Part shown: positions 38,395 through 50,951 of the stretch, in pieces | Numbering within the stretch: the stretch's first letter is position 1 | How the letters are laid out: each line of letters opens with the position of its first letter | Origin: Octopus sinensis | Lineage: Eukaryota | Reading direction: 5' to 3' | Length of the DNA stretch: 64,000 bases | Assembly (NCBI RefSeq): GCF_006345805.1 | Contig: NC_043000.1 | Coordinates: forward strand, 34,162,001-34,226,000 | Made by a program: the position numbers and the translations under genes | The notes under the pieces: generated by a model | The model's database searches: none | What the model was told of the DNA's origin: nothing | What the model saw: only the letters and a program-made list of their open reading frames with translations

Positions 38395-38612
38395 AGGTTG
38401 CGAACTGGCAGAATCGTTAGCCCGCTGGGCAAAATGCTTAGCGGCATTTCATCCGTCTTCACGTTCTGAGTTCAAATTCCGCCGTAGTCGACTTTGCCTT
38501 CATCCTACTGAGATCGATAAAATAAGTACCAGTTGAGCACTGAGGTCGGTGTAATCGACTTACCCTCTCTCCCGAAATTGTTGACCCTGTGCCAAAATTT
38601 GAAACCAATATA
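38395..38612 (+). mobile_element. SINE family B
   Basis: CTGGCAGAATCGTTAG (A box), GAGTTCAAATTCC (B box), GTCGACTTTGCCTT..GTACCAG..GTGCCAAAATTTGAAAC. Confidence 0.88.
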
Positions 38613-39577
38613 TAAATTAATTAATTAACATCGTAATGTGCTGTTATCTATTTTGTTTTGTTATTTTGAACTAAACGTTTAAAAACAATATTTCAAATTT
38701 TCTCTTTGTCGATTGCTTTATTAGAATAAAAGTGTAGAGTTGATGAACAAAGGAGTAGCGTGGAGGCGAAATATATTTTCGAAAAATTGTCAGCGGGAAA
38801 ATGGAGCGAAAATGATGAATAAATTTGATTATCTGAGATTAGGTGAAAGTTAATTGATGATGAAGCGATTTTCTCCCCGGTCATTAAATGATGACCCTCA
38901 AAATCCCGCTTATCTATTTGTAGCCAGACTGGAAAAGTAGCTGAGTCACACACGTTTCAAACATCATTTTGGCCAAATATTTCCAAAGAAACTTGAACAT
39001 CGAAAGACAAGGGTAGTTAAAAAAAGATGAAAGCGTTTGCGAAGATTTGAAAACTTCTGATTGTTGTGCGCTCATAGGCCGTTAAATGAAAAAGGAATCC
39101 TTAACATATAAGAAAAAATAGCGGTGCCCAATGTATTTTCTGATTGAAATTCTGAAACTCCTAAAATAAACACAGCTTTGGATGAAGCCACATTTAATCT
39201 CCCTCTCTTATGACAAATAAAATTTAATATTTCTTATAACTAATCATTCCTTTACTTTGATTAAACATACTGCTAATTACGATTTCGAAGTTTACTTCGT
39301 TTCACCGAAAACCTCGAATGCATTCAGTTGAAAGTAATATCGTCATTTAAGCAGTTTATTTTGAATCCACAACCAAAAATAGAGCAATTCAAGAGCTGAG
39401 TTTTTTTTGGGGGGGAGTGAAATACTGCAAGACATTTTTTAGAATTATTAGATCGTTGGGGGAAATTCTCAGCCCTATTTAGTTCCAGTTTTTACGTTCT
39501 AATTTCAAATCCTCCTCGTCATCATCATTGCAGCCGTCATCGTCGTTGTCGTCGCAATCTTCATTATTTTATTTATT

Positions 39578-40117
39578 GAGAGAGCAGCGCAAGCCATCAA
39601 AGTGACGCTTGGGTGCAAATATACCCAACATGATTACCCGTTTGAGAAAGGTACATCAGGCACATGCGTCATAACCATATGCGTGACATGGTGAACTCGT
39701 ATCAAGATAATCAGTGCTTGACCTTGCAGGTGGAACCCAGTTAGAATTTTCTTCCGGTCGAGTAACCCATCCCACTCAAAATGTCCCTGAATAAGCTTTG
39801 TTTAAGGGTGTTGAACGAAAGACCCATTTTTTTCAGAGGTGAGTTATCCAAATCTCAAAGACTTCCTATCAATACATGGTTATGATGCTTCCCCATTACT
39901 CCTATTCGTGATCTGAGATGCATATATCGTCAGCCACTAAGGAACAGGCTCAACTGGTAAAGGTCAAACAACTGACAAGCAAATCTGTGGCATTGAGCAG
40001 AATATTTGCTGTAGCCCATCTTTTATACCAAAACAAAACATGGACATGATAACACTTCCATTCAGTTAACATCAGAAACCATGAAAGTCACTGCCTGGAT
40101 ATTACATCAGGGCATTT
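39578..40117 (-). mobile_element. Non-coding dispersed element of about 540 bp flanked by TAA-type repeats
   Basis: Homologous to 57380-57750. Both copies end at ...GCATTT immediately before ATT-rich repeats on the plus strand. Confidence 0.75.
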
Positions 40118-40197
40118 ATATTTATTATCACTACTACTATTATTGTTGTTGTTGTTGTTGTTACCATCACCGTCTTCATAATAATAATAATAATAAT

Positions 40198-40231
<34 letters not shown>

Positions 40232-40245
40232 GCAACAACAACAAC

Positions 40246-40284
<39 letters not shown>

Positions 40285-40289
<5 letters not shown>

Positions 40290-40659
40290 GAGGACTCAGA
40301 GAGCGCAAACCTCTGCCAAGGCAACACCAACGTCCTCTCAACGATTAGCTGGAGATGATTATTAAAATGAGAATATCTGAAATAAACTCGACTGCTCTCA
40401 CAAACGAGAATACTAAAAATGAATTCAGACCGTTCTCAAAAATCAAGTAAAATAACAAGAAAACTAATCCAGAATCGTTGTCCGGTACTGGATCGATCCC
40501 AAAATCTAATAAGTTTGTGCCAGTCACGAGGCCAAATATCCCTGAAAGTTTTATCCGATTCCATCCAGCGGTTATTGAGATATCTTGTCCACGGACAAAC
40601 AAACAAGCAAACAAACACGACTGAAAACAATACCACCGCCTTCGCCAAGGCGGAGGTAA
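40285..40659 (+). mobile_element. Helentron/DINE-like non-autonomous element
   Basis: 5' AACAAGAG..ACCTCTGCCAAGG sub-terminal repeat, 3' hairpin CCGCCTT-cgcc-AAGGCGG overlapping the inverted partner GGCGGAGGT, internal (CAAA)n. Inserted in (TAA/CAA)n. Confidence 0.65.
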
Positions 40660-41031
40660 TAACAATAATCACAATCATCATCATCGTCGTATTAGTCGTC
40701 GTTGTCGACGTCGGTGTTGCCAGGGTGTAGGGCTCGTAGAGTCAATTAGAGCGTTGGAAGAACTACTTTGTCGTATCGTTTCTAGCTCTACGTTCTGAGT
40801 TCAAATTCGGCCGAAGTCAATTTTGCCTAAAATAATCTAATTAATTTTGTCGATAAAATAAAGTACCAGTCGAGTATTCGGATTGATGGTATCGCCTAAC
40901 TCCATCCCCTCAAAATTATTGACCTTGTACCTATTATTAATTATTATTGTTCCTTCGTAACACAGTGTAGGTAAAAATGCACCGGAGTCTTTAGTTATCT
41001 GTCGGGTCACAACAAGGACCTCAGACAGATA

Positions 41032-41105
<74 letters not shown>

Positions 41106-41436
41106 GTTCTGCAGAGAGTGATGTCGAATAACAGGTATTTGTTATTCTTTTACTGTTGTTGTTTGCCATGAATTGTCAAGTTTCAGCGAGTTTCCTTAAA
41201 AGATATTTTCTTCGAGGATTACATGATAAAAAAGAGTGGTTTGGGGTCTGAGGTGGCTCGGAACATTTAAACGTATCCACCCCGATTTCCCTGGAGTGGG
41301 AAAGAAGGTTCATAAGTACACACATATTGTGGCAAACATCCGTTTCGCTACTTTTATTTGCGGTTCAATATAATCACTACTGACGTAACGGGAAGGGGTA
41401 CCAGCCTCCAGTTTCGTAGCACGTAAAATGAACTTT

Positions 41437-41748
41437 GTGGAGGCACATGGCCTAGTGGTTAGAGCAGCGGATTCGCAGTTGAGGGATCGCGGGTTCGAAT
41501 CTCAGACCGGGCGATATGTGTGTTTATGAGCGAAACACCTAAGCTCCACGTGGCTCCGGCGGAAGGTAATGGCGAACTTCTGCTGACTCTTTCACCACAG
41601 CTTTCTCTCACTCTTTCCTCCTGCATCTTGCAGCTCACCTGCGACGGACCGGCGTCCCGTCCAGGTGAGGAACCTATACGCCAAGGAAACTGGGAAACCG
41701 GCCCTAATGAGCCAGGTTTGGCTCGAGAAGGAACAAACAACTGTTCCT
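41437..41748 (+). mobile_element. SINE family C, full length (Meta/V-type central domain)
   Basis: tRNA head with GGTTCGAATC B box, then CTGCGACGGACCGGCGTCCCGTCCAGG...GAAACTGGGAAACCGGCCCTAATGAGCC..GGCTCG. Confidence 0.8.
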
Positions 41749-43454
41749 CCTAAAGGATGAAACAACAACAAAATGAACTTTCCCATCGAAATAATTTTTG
41801 AAAACATAAAAACAGATTAGAAAAAAAAAACAGAGAAATAGGGAATATGATAGTTAAACAAAAAAGGTATAAACACAATCACGATTTGACAAGCGCAAAA
41901 AATGGAAAAAGAATAATGGAGACGCAACATAAGACATCACCACCACCACCACCACTACAACTAACAGTAACGTCAACAAGAACAATATCAAGAAAAACCA
42001 GAGAAAAAAAAACAAGTTATAAAAGCTAAAAAGAAAAAGAAGCATTCCATGTTAAAAAGTATGTTAAAACGATTGCCTTCTTACTCGATGAATATATCCA
42101 GAAACGGATGTATGAGGTGACGCATTTCTGTTCTTCAATATAACAGAAATACATTTATATGTTTCCGAAAGAAAAAATGAGAAGGAATTCTGACCTAGGT
42201 GTGGCAGGATTTATGCTCCGTCAACAGGGGAGGGGCACTTGGAATCATATACCTGGTCTTTGAAACGGAAAATTAGGCAAGAAGATAGAGGCTGCTGTAA
42301 GACAGACCTTCAAGCAGAGTAAAACCTTATTAAAACGGTGTTAGGAAGACAGAGCAAAAGATGCTGGCGCAGAAGACGACGAAGATGACAATTGGCTTGA
42401 GGTTGCTTTGGTGCAACAGGTTTACGTTGGGTGCAGGAGTGACCTATAACAATACGCAGCCCAGTGGAGTCTGAATTCCCCACCTTCCCAAGGAAGTAGA
42501 CAGGGGTTTAATCAGATCAAGTATGGAAGGCAGAGAGTCCAGTTGCTACACATGTATTGGTAACTGCTATTTAAGAGTCTTCTGTCGAGATAATGAGTAA
42601 AACGAAAAGAAACAGAAGAGGGGAAAGTAGCAACTGCTGCAGGCCCAACAGCAACTCACTGAGGCGAAAAGTAAGGAGTTATGTTGCTGCTACTGTTGTT
42701 GCTAGAACTTCAGAGTCCACCTGAGCAGAAGTAGCGAGAAATGGTATCGCCTCAAAAGAAAACTGAAAACGAATAGATTTAAATAAAAAGAAGACAGGCA
42801 CAGCCACATCTATTTACAAACAGAGACAGCTACAGTTTGATACCCGAAAACGTAAACTTGCATAGCATAATTTAAAATATTAACATCAACCATAACAGCA
42901 GCAATAGCGCTGGTTTGTTCAAAGACAACTACGTCGCTAGTATTACGAGGCAAAATGAGATTTTAGAATATGACATTCAGTCAAAGAAATATGTCACAAA
43001 AACGGCTCCCCTTCATCTAAGAAATTTATCTAAAAGAAGTCAAAGTAAAAAGATGATGAGCAGAGGGGTTTCTATAGCTCTCAAAGGAACAGTTAACAGG
43101 AGTTTTAGGTAGTTTAGCAGCAACTAGATGAGTAGACCATAGATAGGGTCAGGGCGTGTAAAACTGTTTACGGGGTCTTCAACAGAAGAGACATCAGCAA
43201 CAGTCTATGTGAGGCGCAGCAATATACATTGATAGTAAATCTGACCTCTAGTTGAGCGTCAATTTTGTGGCACAGTACAACAGAGTGGAGAAAGCTAAGA
43301 TGACAAAATGTGACATGTGGTCAGATGAGATCTGATTGCAAGTCCTGATAATCGCAGAAGGCCAGAAATCTAACCCGGAACTGCATCTCATTGCAGATGC
43401 AGGGGGAAATAATAAAACTACCTGTTCAGGGCCATAAACCCTACTGTAATATGG

Positions 43455-43690
43455 GTGGAGAGCTGGCAGAATCGTTAGCACGCCGGGCGAAATGCCTAGC
43501 GGTATTTCATCTGACGTTATATTCTGAGTTCAAATTCCGCCGAGGTCGACTTTGCCTTTCATCTTTTCGGGGTCGATTAAATAAGTACCAGTTATGCACT
43601 GGGAGTCGATGTAATCGACTTAATTCGTTTGTCTGTCCTTGTTTGTCCCTTTATGTTTAGCCCTCGGTGGGCAATAAAGAAATAAATATG
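43455..43690 (+). mobile_element. SINE family B
   Basis: Near-consensus head and body, ending GCAATAAAGAAATA. Confidence 0.9.
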
Positions 43691-44003
43691 TGTGATAGTA
43701 AGAAACATTTATACATATTTTATGTACACAGTATAAAGATGTGAGCTACTAATAGTTTCTCACATTGGAGACGCAAGTTTAGTCAGGTTTTTCTATATAA
43801 CCTTGAGTCTCCAAGCAATTTTCAGGCTTTGAGAACGTGGCCTATTTAATTGACAAATAAGAACTCTAGAACGAGAGAAATCACGAGAAAAAAAGAGAAC
43901 GCAAATGCAAAAAGTATTTCATCTTTTCTCGTAATTTCTTTTGTACGAGTGTCTTGATTTGTAAATTGAGTAAGTAGAGACCTGTCGCCATACTCCATTC
44001 CAT

Positions 44004-44084
44004 ATCGGCTAACTCTGATGAGCGTAAAGTTATATAATCGGATTGTTACCCCAAATTCCATTGTATTCTTTACGCGAAACCGAT
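44004..44084 (+). ncRNA. Hammerhead-like motif with an 8-bp stem II and a 38-nt loop
   Basis: ATCGG-CT-AACT-CTGATGA-GCGTAAAG-(38 nt)-CTTTACGC-GAAA-CCGAT. The downstream 44095-44190 has a homologue at about 27040-27140. Confidence 0.55.
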
Positions 44085-44227
44085 TAACAAGATCAACCGT
44101 GATGGATATTTAATACTATACACTTCGGATAATACACCCACTCTACTGACAGAGTGCATCTTTTCTCCGGCTTAAGGCCTCTTAGACGACTCACGCGCGT
44201 ATATATATATATATATATATATATGCA

Positions 44228-44265
<38 letters not shown>

Positions 44266-44266
<1 letters not shown>

Positions 44267-45190
44267 TCGTGGTCTAATTAATAAGTATGCGGACTGCTGC
44301 CATAGTAACAAAACTAAAGCACGCAGAGTGAAGCCACATGGTTCAGATTGGCCTTGAACTCTGCTGTGCATGTGTACTAAATTCTAACGTTCAAGCTCAC
44401 TTCTGCTATTTACAGCAGTGCTCGGAAGGAAGGTGTGTAGCGTATGATCCTCACATTGACCATGACAGAAAGTTGTCCAGAGAATTTGCATCAAGTTTTG
44501 CCAAAAGCTTCGCACTACCTGTTTAGAGGCCTACGCAAAGTCGCAGAAAGTGTATGCAGAGGGTGATGAACCGTGGCTCTGTGGCTATGACCCCGAATCA
44601 AAAGCTCGGTCTTCGCAGTGGAAAACTCCAACCTCTTTGAGACTGAAAGAATGTGAAGACACTGTTGGCCGTTTTCTTCGATTACAATGCGATTGTTCAT
44701 CATGAGTATGCTCCACCTGGCCTGACAGTAAACAAGGAATACTACGGTGACGTTTTGCGGCGTTTGCGGGATGCTATTCGTCGGAAAAGGCCACAGTTGC
44801 ATGTGTCCGGTTAGTGGCAATTGCACCATGACAACGCACCTGCCCATTCAGTGCAGCTTGTGCAGCAGTTTTTCGCTTGGCACAGAATTCACCAGGTCCG
44901 AAAGACACCGTGTTCCCCAGATCTTATCCTTGCGACTTTTTCCTCTTTCCAAAAATCAAATCCCGCTTGAAAGGGAGAAGATTTTAGAACGTCCAGGAAA
45001 TCGAAGTTAATGCAACGAGGCAGCTGTTGATTATCCCAGAAAACGAGCTCCAAGAATGCTTCCATCAATGGAAACAGCGCTGGATTAAGTGTGTGGCTTC
45101 CGAAGGGGTCTACTTTGATAGATTAAATGCCAAATTGGTACGTGTTGTAGTTTGCTTTTATAGTACCAGTCCGTATACTTAGGATACTTA
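44266..45190 (+). mobile_element. mariner transposon, internally deleted and degenerate
   Basis: Terminal inverted match TAAGTATGCGGACTG / CAGTCCGTATACTTA. Peptides GDEPWLCGYDPESK..SSQWK, FFDYNAIVHHEY.P.G.TVNKEYY..VLRRLRDAIRRKRP, LHHDNAPAH, SPDL...FFLFPKIK. Confidence 0.9.
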
Positions 45191-45250
45191 TATATGTATA
45201 TATATATATATATATATACTATATATATATATATTATATATATATATATA

Positions 45251-45285
<35 letters not shown>

Positions 45286-45873
45286 GAACATAATCTAAGA
45301 TTTATAAAGTGTATCAAAATATATTTCACTTTGTGCAAACGTTAAAATCATATGATACAAAACTCATTACGATTGGTAGAGAGGGGGTTAGATATATTCA
45401 TTATATCAATAGCTGATAGTCTACTCTATGTTTCGCTCCTGGCCGGGCTGTTTATGGTATATAGCTTTGGGATGATAGCCGTCTTTGGAAACTAATTTAA
45501 CGATGTAGAAATTGTAAGAGAAAGTTATTGTTAAGGTGTAAGTATGAATAGATTGGGTCACTCCTTAACTCTATTCGTATTTTGCATCATCAATAGATTT
45601 AACTGAAGTTGTATGGGAAGGCTTAAGTTATCGGGCAACGATAACTTTAAGAAAGGCTTAAATGATATTGTTAGAGAGAAATGTGGCAGGATACGTTATT
45701 TCTCTGGTTCAGAGAACAAATTCCTGTAATCTTATTGTGTGGAATTAGAGATGTACAGCTAAAGCTGTAGGCAAATCTGTATACTTGGAAATATACCTAT
45801 CTATCCATTCATCCATGTATGTATGTATGTATGTATGTATGTATGTATGTATGTATGTATGTATGTATGTATG

Positions 45874-45927
<54 letters not shown>

Positions 45928-46664
45928 ATCTATGTATTTACTTATTTCTTTCTAACTGTACATGATATGTGAGTGTTTGTCTGTGTGTGAGTGCCAGTGT
46001 GCATGTGTCAATGCGTGAACAGTTTCCCCTCCAAAAATGCTCGGGTAGAAAGCATATGCCTAAGGTATCGCATAATGAAATCGAACACCGAATAATGAGG
46101 TCGCAGAACGGCTGTAAAGATTTTGTGCATTTGGGGAGAAGACCAGCTTGATATTGTAATTCATTTGATTAGCTGCTGAAAAGGGCTGTTGGTTTATTTT
46201 TTATATTTTATTTTTATCAAAGCTTATTCTATTATTTCTCTTTAAAATGTATGTAAGTATTTCGTCTGCATAGGCTTTTTATCGTTTCGAGGGCCAGTTA
46301 AATAAAGTAGAGGGTTCAGAGGCCAGTGGACTGACCGAGTTGTCAGATGCAGCGGGCTGAATGCATTGCTGTCTGTTCACACCTGGATGTTTACGCTGCG
46401 AGTTCACCTGTGATGACGCCACTGTCGCGCTGTATCGCTCTGTTCTTCTCCATTAGACAAGGGTGGTGGTGGTGGTGATGTGAAGAAGGGAGATTACTAC
46501 GCAGGAAAGACTGCTGGGCCTCCATAAAAGGGAAAACTTGTAAAAGCCTACATCAGGATGAGTATCATGGCATGTGGTGACTACAGTCTCAACTTTGTCC
46601 GTCGGTCTACTTGGATATAATCTACTTATATATAACACCACTTCCATATTGTTTTATGTACGTA

Positions 46665-46798
46665 TATATCAGCGCTTCCCAACCACATGGTTCCGGTTTC
46701 AGTCCCACTGCGTGTTATCTTGGGCAAGTGACTTCTGCTATAGATTCGGGCCAACCAGACTTGTGAGTAGACAGAAACTGAAAGAAACCAATCGTATG

Positions 46799-46849
<51 letters not shown>

Positions 46850-47000
46850 ATGCATATATGTATATATATATATATCTATATATATATATATTAGAGGCTT
46901 CGAATGACCCGTCTGTGTTTTTTGTATCGTCTATTTGAATGTTTTGCTTTCTTGTCCCATTTTGTATTTTTATATATATATGTATGTATGTGTATGTATA

Positions 47001-47058
<58 letters not shown>

Positions 47059-47265
47059 TGTGTGTGTGTGTGTCTGTTTGTGTGTCTATGATTGTCCCCA
47101 CCACCATCACTTGACAACCGATGCTGGTGCGTTTACATCCCCGCAATTTGGTGATTCGGTAAAAGAGACCGATAGAATAAGCGCTAGCCTTACGAAGAAT
47201 AAGTCATGGAGTCGATTTGTTCGACTAAAGGTGGTGCTCCAGTCGAATGACCGAAACAACTAAAA
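46665..47265 (+). mobile_element. SINE family A with an expanded internal microsatellite
   Basis: Head at 46670-46795 and tail at 47075-47265. Confidence 0.8.
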
Positions 47266-47316
47266 AAATAAAACAATACATATATATATATATATATATA
47301 TATTTATAAATGCGCG

Positions 47317-47385
<69 letters not shown>

Positions 47386-47389
<4 letters not shown>

Positions 47390-47595
47390 AGGCGCGTGGC
47401 TTAGTGGTTAGGGTGTCAGGATCATGATCGTAAGATTGTGGTTTCGATCCCTGGACCGGGCGACGCGTTGTGTACTTGAACAAAACACTTCATTTCACGT
47501 TCCTCCAGTCCACTCTGCTGGCAAAAATGATTAACGCTGCGATGGACTGGCATCTCGTCCATCTGGGAGGTAAAACGCCATAGAAATCGGGCCCA
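47386..47595 (+). mobile_element. SINE family C-related copy
   Basis: GTGGAGGCGCGTGGCTTAGTGGTTAGGG..GGTTTCGATCCC..CTGCGATGGACTGGCATCTCGTCCA. Confidence 0.75.
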
Positions 47596-47814
47596 TCGCC
47601 GTCATCTTCATTATTATTAATATTATTATTAATACCATTATTAATATTATTTTTATTTTATGTTATGAATCTAAATGCTGCTGAGGTCGACTTCGCCTTT
47701 CATCCTTTTGGAGTCGATAATGTAAGTACCAGTTGAGCTCTGGAATCAATGTAATCGACTTACCCAAACACAGAAATTGCTGGCCTTGTGCCAAAATTTG
47801 AAACCACAGTGTCC

Positions 47815-48300
47815 GCACATTAAAGAGTTGTGAGATTATGTGGAGCAGCTGTTGTCGATTATAAGACGAATTCAGCTGTCTTTTGAGTGTATAGGGAAGA
47901 TCAGCGCATCACCTTCCCTTAGCAGAGAAGGAAGGCAGGTCTTTCTCTGCTCAGTGGCAAAAGAGGCTGTGTGGTGGACCCGTGTGAGAGGTTTGAAGAC
48001 AGGCACATTCCTACCATGTCAACCCCACATCAATTTCTTCAAATATCATTTGAAGAGGAAGGTGAGGGTAGAGAGAGAGGGAGGTGCTGTCTTCTAGTGT
48101 GTTTATCAAAAGGTGGTCGACAGTGGCAAGACTGGTGAGACTGAATGGATAGAGTCTGAATATGCTTTTCTAAGAATTGGAAGAGAGCAGTTTCCTATGC
48201 CTTGGAGATGACAGAGTAATCTGGGATTTTTGTGTAGAGTTCACCCCGGATTAACTAAAGTGGACTGCCCCACAATTGGGGGATTCTATTTATTTATTTA
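47815..48300 (+). mobile_element. Probable L1/Tx1-like LINE 3' fragment
   Basis: FLCSVAKEAVWWTR..GL..INFFKYHLKRKVRVERE resembles a Tx1-type ORF2 C-terminus. It ends in a (TTTA)n tail. The family call is tentative. Confidence 0.45.
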
Positions 48301-48482
48301 TTATTTATTTCTCTACTTCCTCTTAAATATCCTGTTATATCCTTTCATGTGGTAGGATCTTCCGTTAATCGGTGTTAACTCCACGTGTTTCTGTAATTTC
48401 TGTTTTGTTGTGCGTTTTGTGCGCTGTAACTTGTCCTTCGATATTTTCCCCCATGTCTTGGGCCCTGGTGGCCAATAGAGAA

Positions 48483-48524
<42 letters not shown>

Positions 48525-48547
48525 GTTGTTGTTGTTGTTGTTGTTGC

Positions 48548-48621
<74 letters not shown>

Positions 48622-48622
<1 letters not shown>

Positions 48623-48835
48623 GAAGGTGGTGAGCTGGCAGAAGCGTTAGCACGCCGGGTAAGATGCTTAGCGACATTTCGTTCGCCTTTACGTTTTGAG
48701 TTCAAATACCACGGAAGTCATCTTTGCCTTTCACCCTTCCGAGGTCGATGAAGTAAGTACCAGTTATACACTGAGTTCGTTATAATCGACTACCGTTTCA
48801 CTTCATAGTTGCTGGCCTTGTGCCGAAATTCAAAA
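48622..48835 (+). mobile_element. SINE family B
   Basis: Head GGTGAGCTGGCAGAAGCGTTAGCACGCCGGG; preceded by (ATT/GTT)n. Confidence 0.85.
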
Positions 48836-49534
48836 CTCTTATATTTGAAACATTGATTACTTCGAAAACAAAAAGCTTTTTTTTTTTTAACATTTTGATC
48901 AACATATATATTGAAGTGTATATTAGTGGCTGTGTTAATGTATACATTGATTTATATATAGATGTATGCGCTGACATATATGTAGGTGTATGTGTCAACG
49001 AGAATTGTTGACTACTTGGACTATATACATCTGTATATGAGTACCCTATGTGTTGGTCAATGTGCTCAAGGCTATGTCTTTGAGAAAAATATTATTCAGG
49101 TATCTATTGCTGCCTAACTATTGGTTCTCATTAGCATAGTTTATCATTGGATCGATATAGTAATACTTTAGCACCAACCACCCTTATGTTTGGTTTTACT
49201 CTTCAGGTTGGCGGCAGTGCTTTGCATTCCCATTCATTCATTTGGCGTTATCACCTGATTTTATTTTTATTTTTGGTAGAATTTCTGTAATATCAAACCC
49301 TTTCTCTAAATTGCCTTGCTTCTTCCTTGAGTGGCAGAATGGTTAGAACGTCAGATCCAGTCGTCGTTGATTTTTTTCAAGCTCTTTATACTTGAAGAGT
49401 AAATCTTCAGCAACTTCAGTTGTGGCTACATGGAATTGGTTTGCTAGTCTTTTGTTCCTCAATGCTTCTTCATGTCTCTCGTGTACTTCTTGTTTTGTTC
49501 GTTTCTTTTTTTCCTGTTTTCAATATTCCCCCAT

Positions 49535-49925
49535 CTTGAAGGCAGCGAGCTATTTAAAACGTTAGCACACCGGGCGAAATGCTTAGCGGTATTTCGTCTG
49601 CCGCTACGTTCTGAGTTCAAATTCCACCGAGGTCGACTTTGCCTTTCTTCCTTTCGAGGTCGATTAAATAAGTACCAGCTACACACTGGAGTCGATATAA
49701 TCGACTTAATCCGTTTGTCTGTCCTTGTTTGTCCTCTCTGTGTTTAGCCCCTTGTGGGTAGTAAAGAAATAGGTATTTCGTCCGTCCTTATGTTCTGAGT
49801 TCAAATTGCACTAAGGTCGACTTTGCCTTTCTTCCTTTCGAGGTCGATAAATTAAGTACCAGTTGCGTACTGGGGTCTATCTAATCGGCTGCCCCCCCCC
49901 CACTTCCCCAAAAACTTTGGACCTT
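49535..49925 (+). mobile_element. SINE family B, dimeric form
   Basis: Two TTCTGAGTTCAAATT..AGGTCGACTTTGCCTTTCTTCCTTTCGAGGTCGAT units. Confidence 0.88.
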
Positions 49926-49959
49926 ATGCCTTGAGTAGATAAGAATATCTCCTCATCTC

Positions 49960-50520
49960 TAACTGCCCCTAAAAAGGTTTCCTCACTTTGGGCCAGACAT
50001 CTCAGCAATATCCCAAGTTCAATATGCATGCTATGTTTCACATTTATCAGTCCCCTTCTTCCATTTCCCCTCTTCGTGTATAAGTGATAAGTGTCTGCAC
50101 ATGGATGACGGGCTCCATGCATTGTTAGGAACTTTCTTATCTCATCAGCTATCCACTTCAGAATTCCAGGGCCGCATCGATTCACTAAAACTGCGCGACA
50201 GTTTATTGCCGAAATTATCTTTCTGGAATTAAACTTTGAACCCAATATCTTTCTCATTCGCCGCAGATACCCTTTCTTTATCATTTCTTTCACATCATTA
50301 TGCTTAATTCCATCTTCCTTAAGTATTTCCAGGTATTTACATCTGGATACATGTTCAATTGGTTTCATCATTTCACCACTTGCATACCTGTACCTTCTGC
50401 CCTGACAAACCTTCCTTGTCTCATCACCATCAAAGCACATTTTGAAAGCCCAAGCGCCATCTTGATATCAATTGAGAAAACCTGCGCGTTACGTATTAAG
50501 CCATATATTGTTGCTGTTAT
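49960..50520 (-). mobile_element. R4/Dong-family RT C-terminal fragment
   Basis: GLSKCA..., KYLEILKEDGIKH..VKE.IKK.YLRR.RKIL.SK.NS..IISAIN..AV, LTMHGARHP.AD...LY.KR..GRRGLI. Confidence 0.8.
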
Positions 50521-50911
50521 ACATTTCTGAGGTTTTTCTGTTTCAAATGAAAAGCAACTTTAAGATGACATCTTTTTGGCATATTGTGGAGATTGTAACC
50601 GTCTTACCATCCGTTTTTCTGTTTTCTACTCGGTACCAAGCTGCTGCTTAGACCAAGACAGATAATGAGATTATAAGTTGGAAAACTCTAGGATGTTGTT
50701 GCGACGGCGACCGCAGTGGTGGTGGTGGTGGTGGTGGTGGCAAGAAATCAAAAGATGATATGGGACTTGAAATATTTTCGAGGAAAAGAAAGTTACAGCG
50801 GTGATGGTGGAAGGAAATGAGTAATGAAAGTGAAGGTATGTGATCTCTCGTTACAGGAGAGTGGAAAATGAATAGGTTGGAACTTGGAGCCTGGGAAATA
50901 GCAGCAGACTT

Positions 50912-50951
<40 letters not shown>

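Noticed and set aside
41437-41515. tRNA-like sequences (also 35904, 47386 and the heads of SINE families A and B)
   Set aside because: They continue into SINE bodies and lack a complete acceptor stem, so they are SINE heads rather than tRNA genes.
42050-43450. Possibly a very decayed LINE on the minus strand
   Set aside because: Only faint motif-like fragments among many stops, not enough to support a call.
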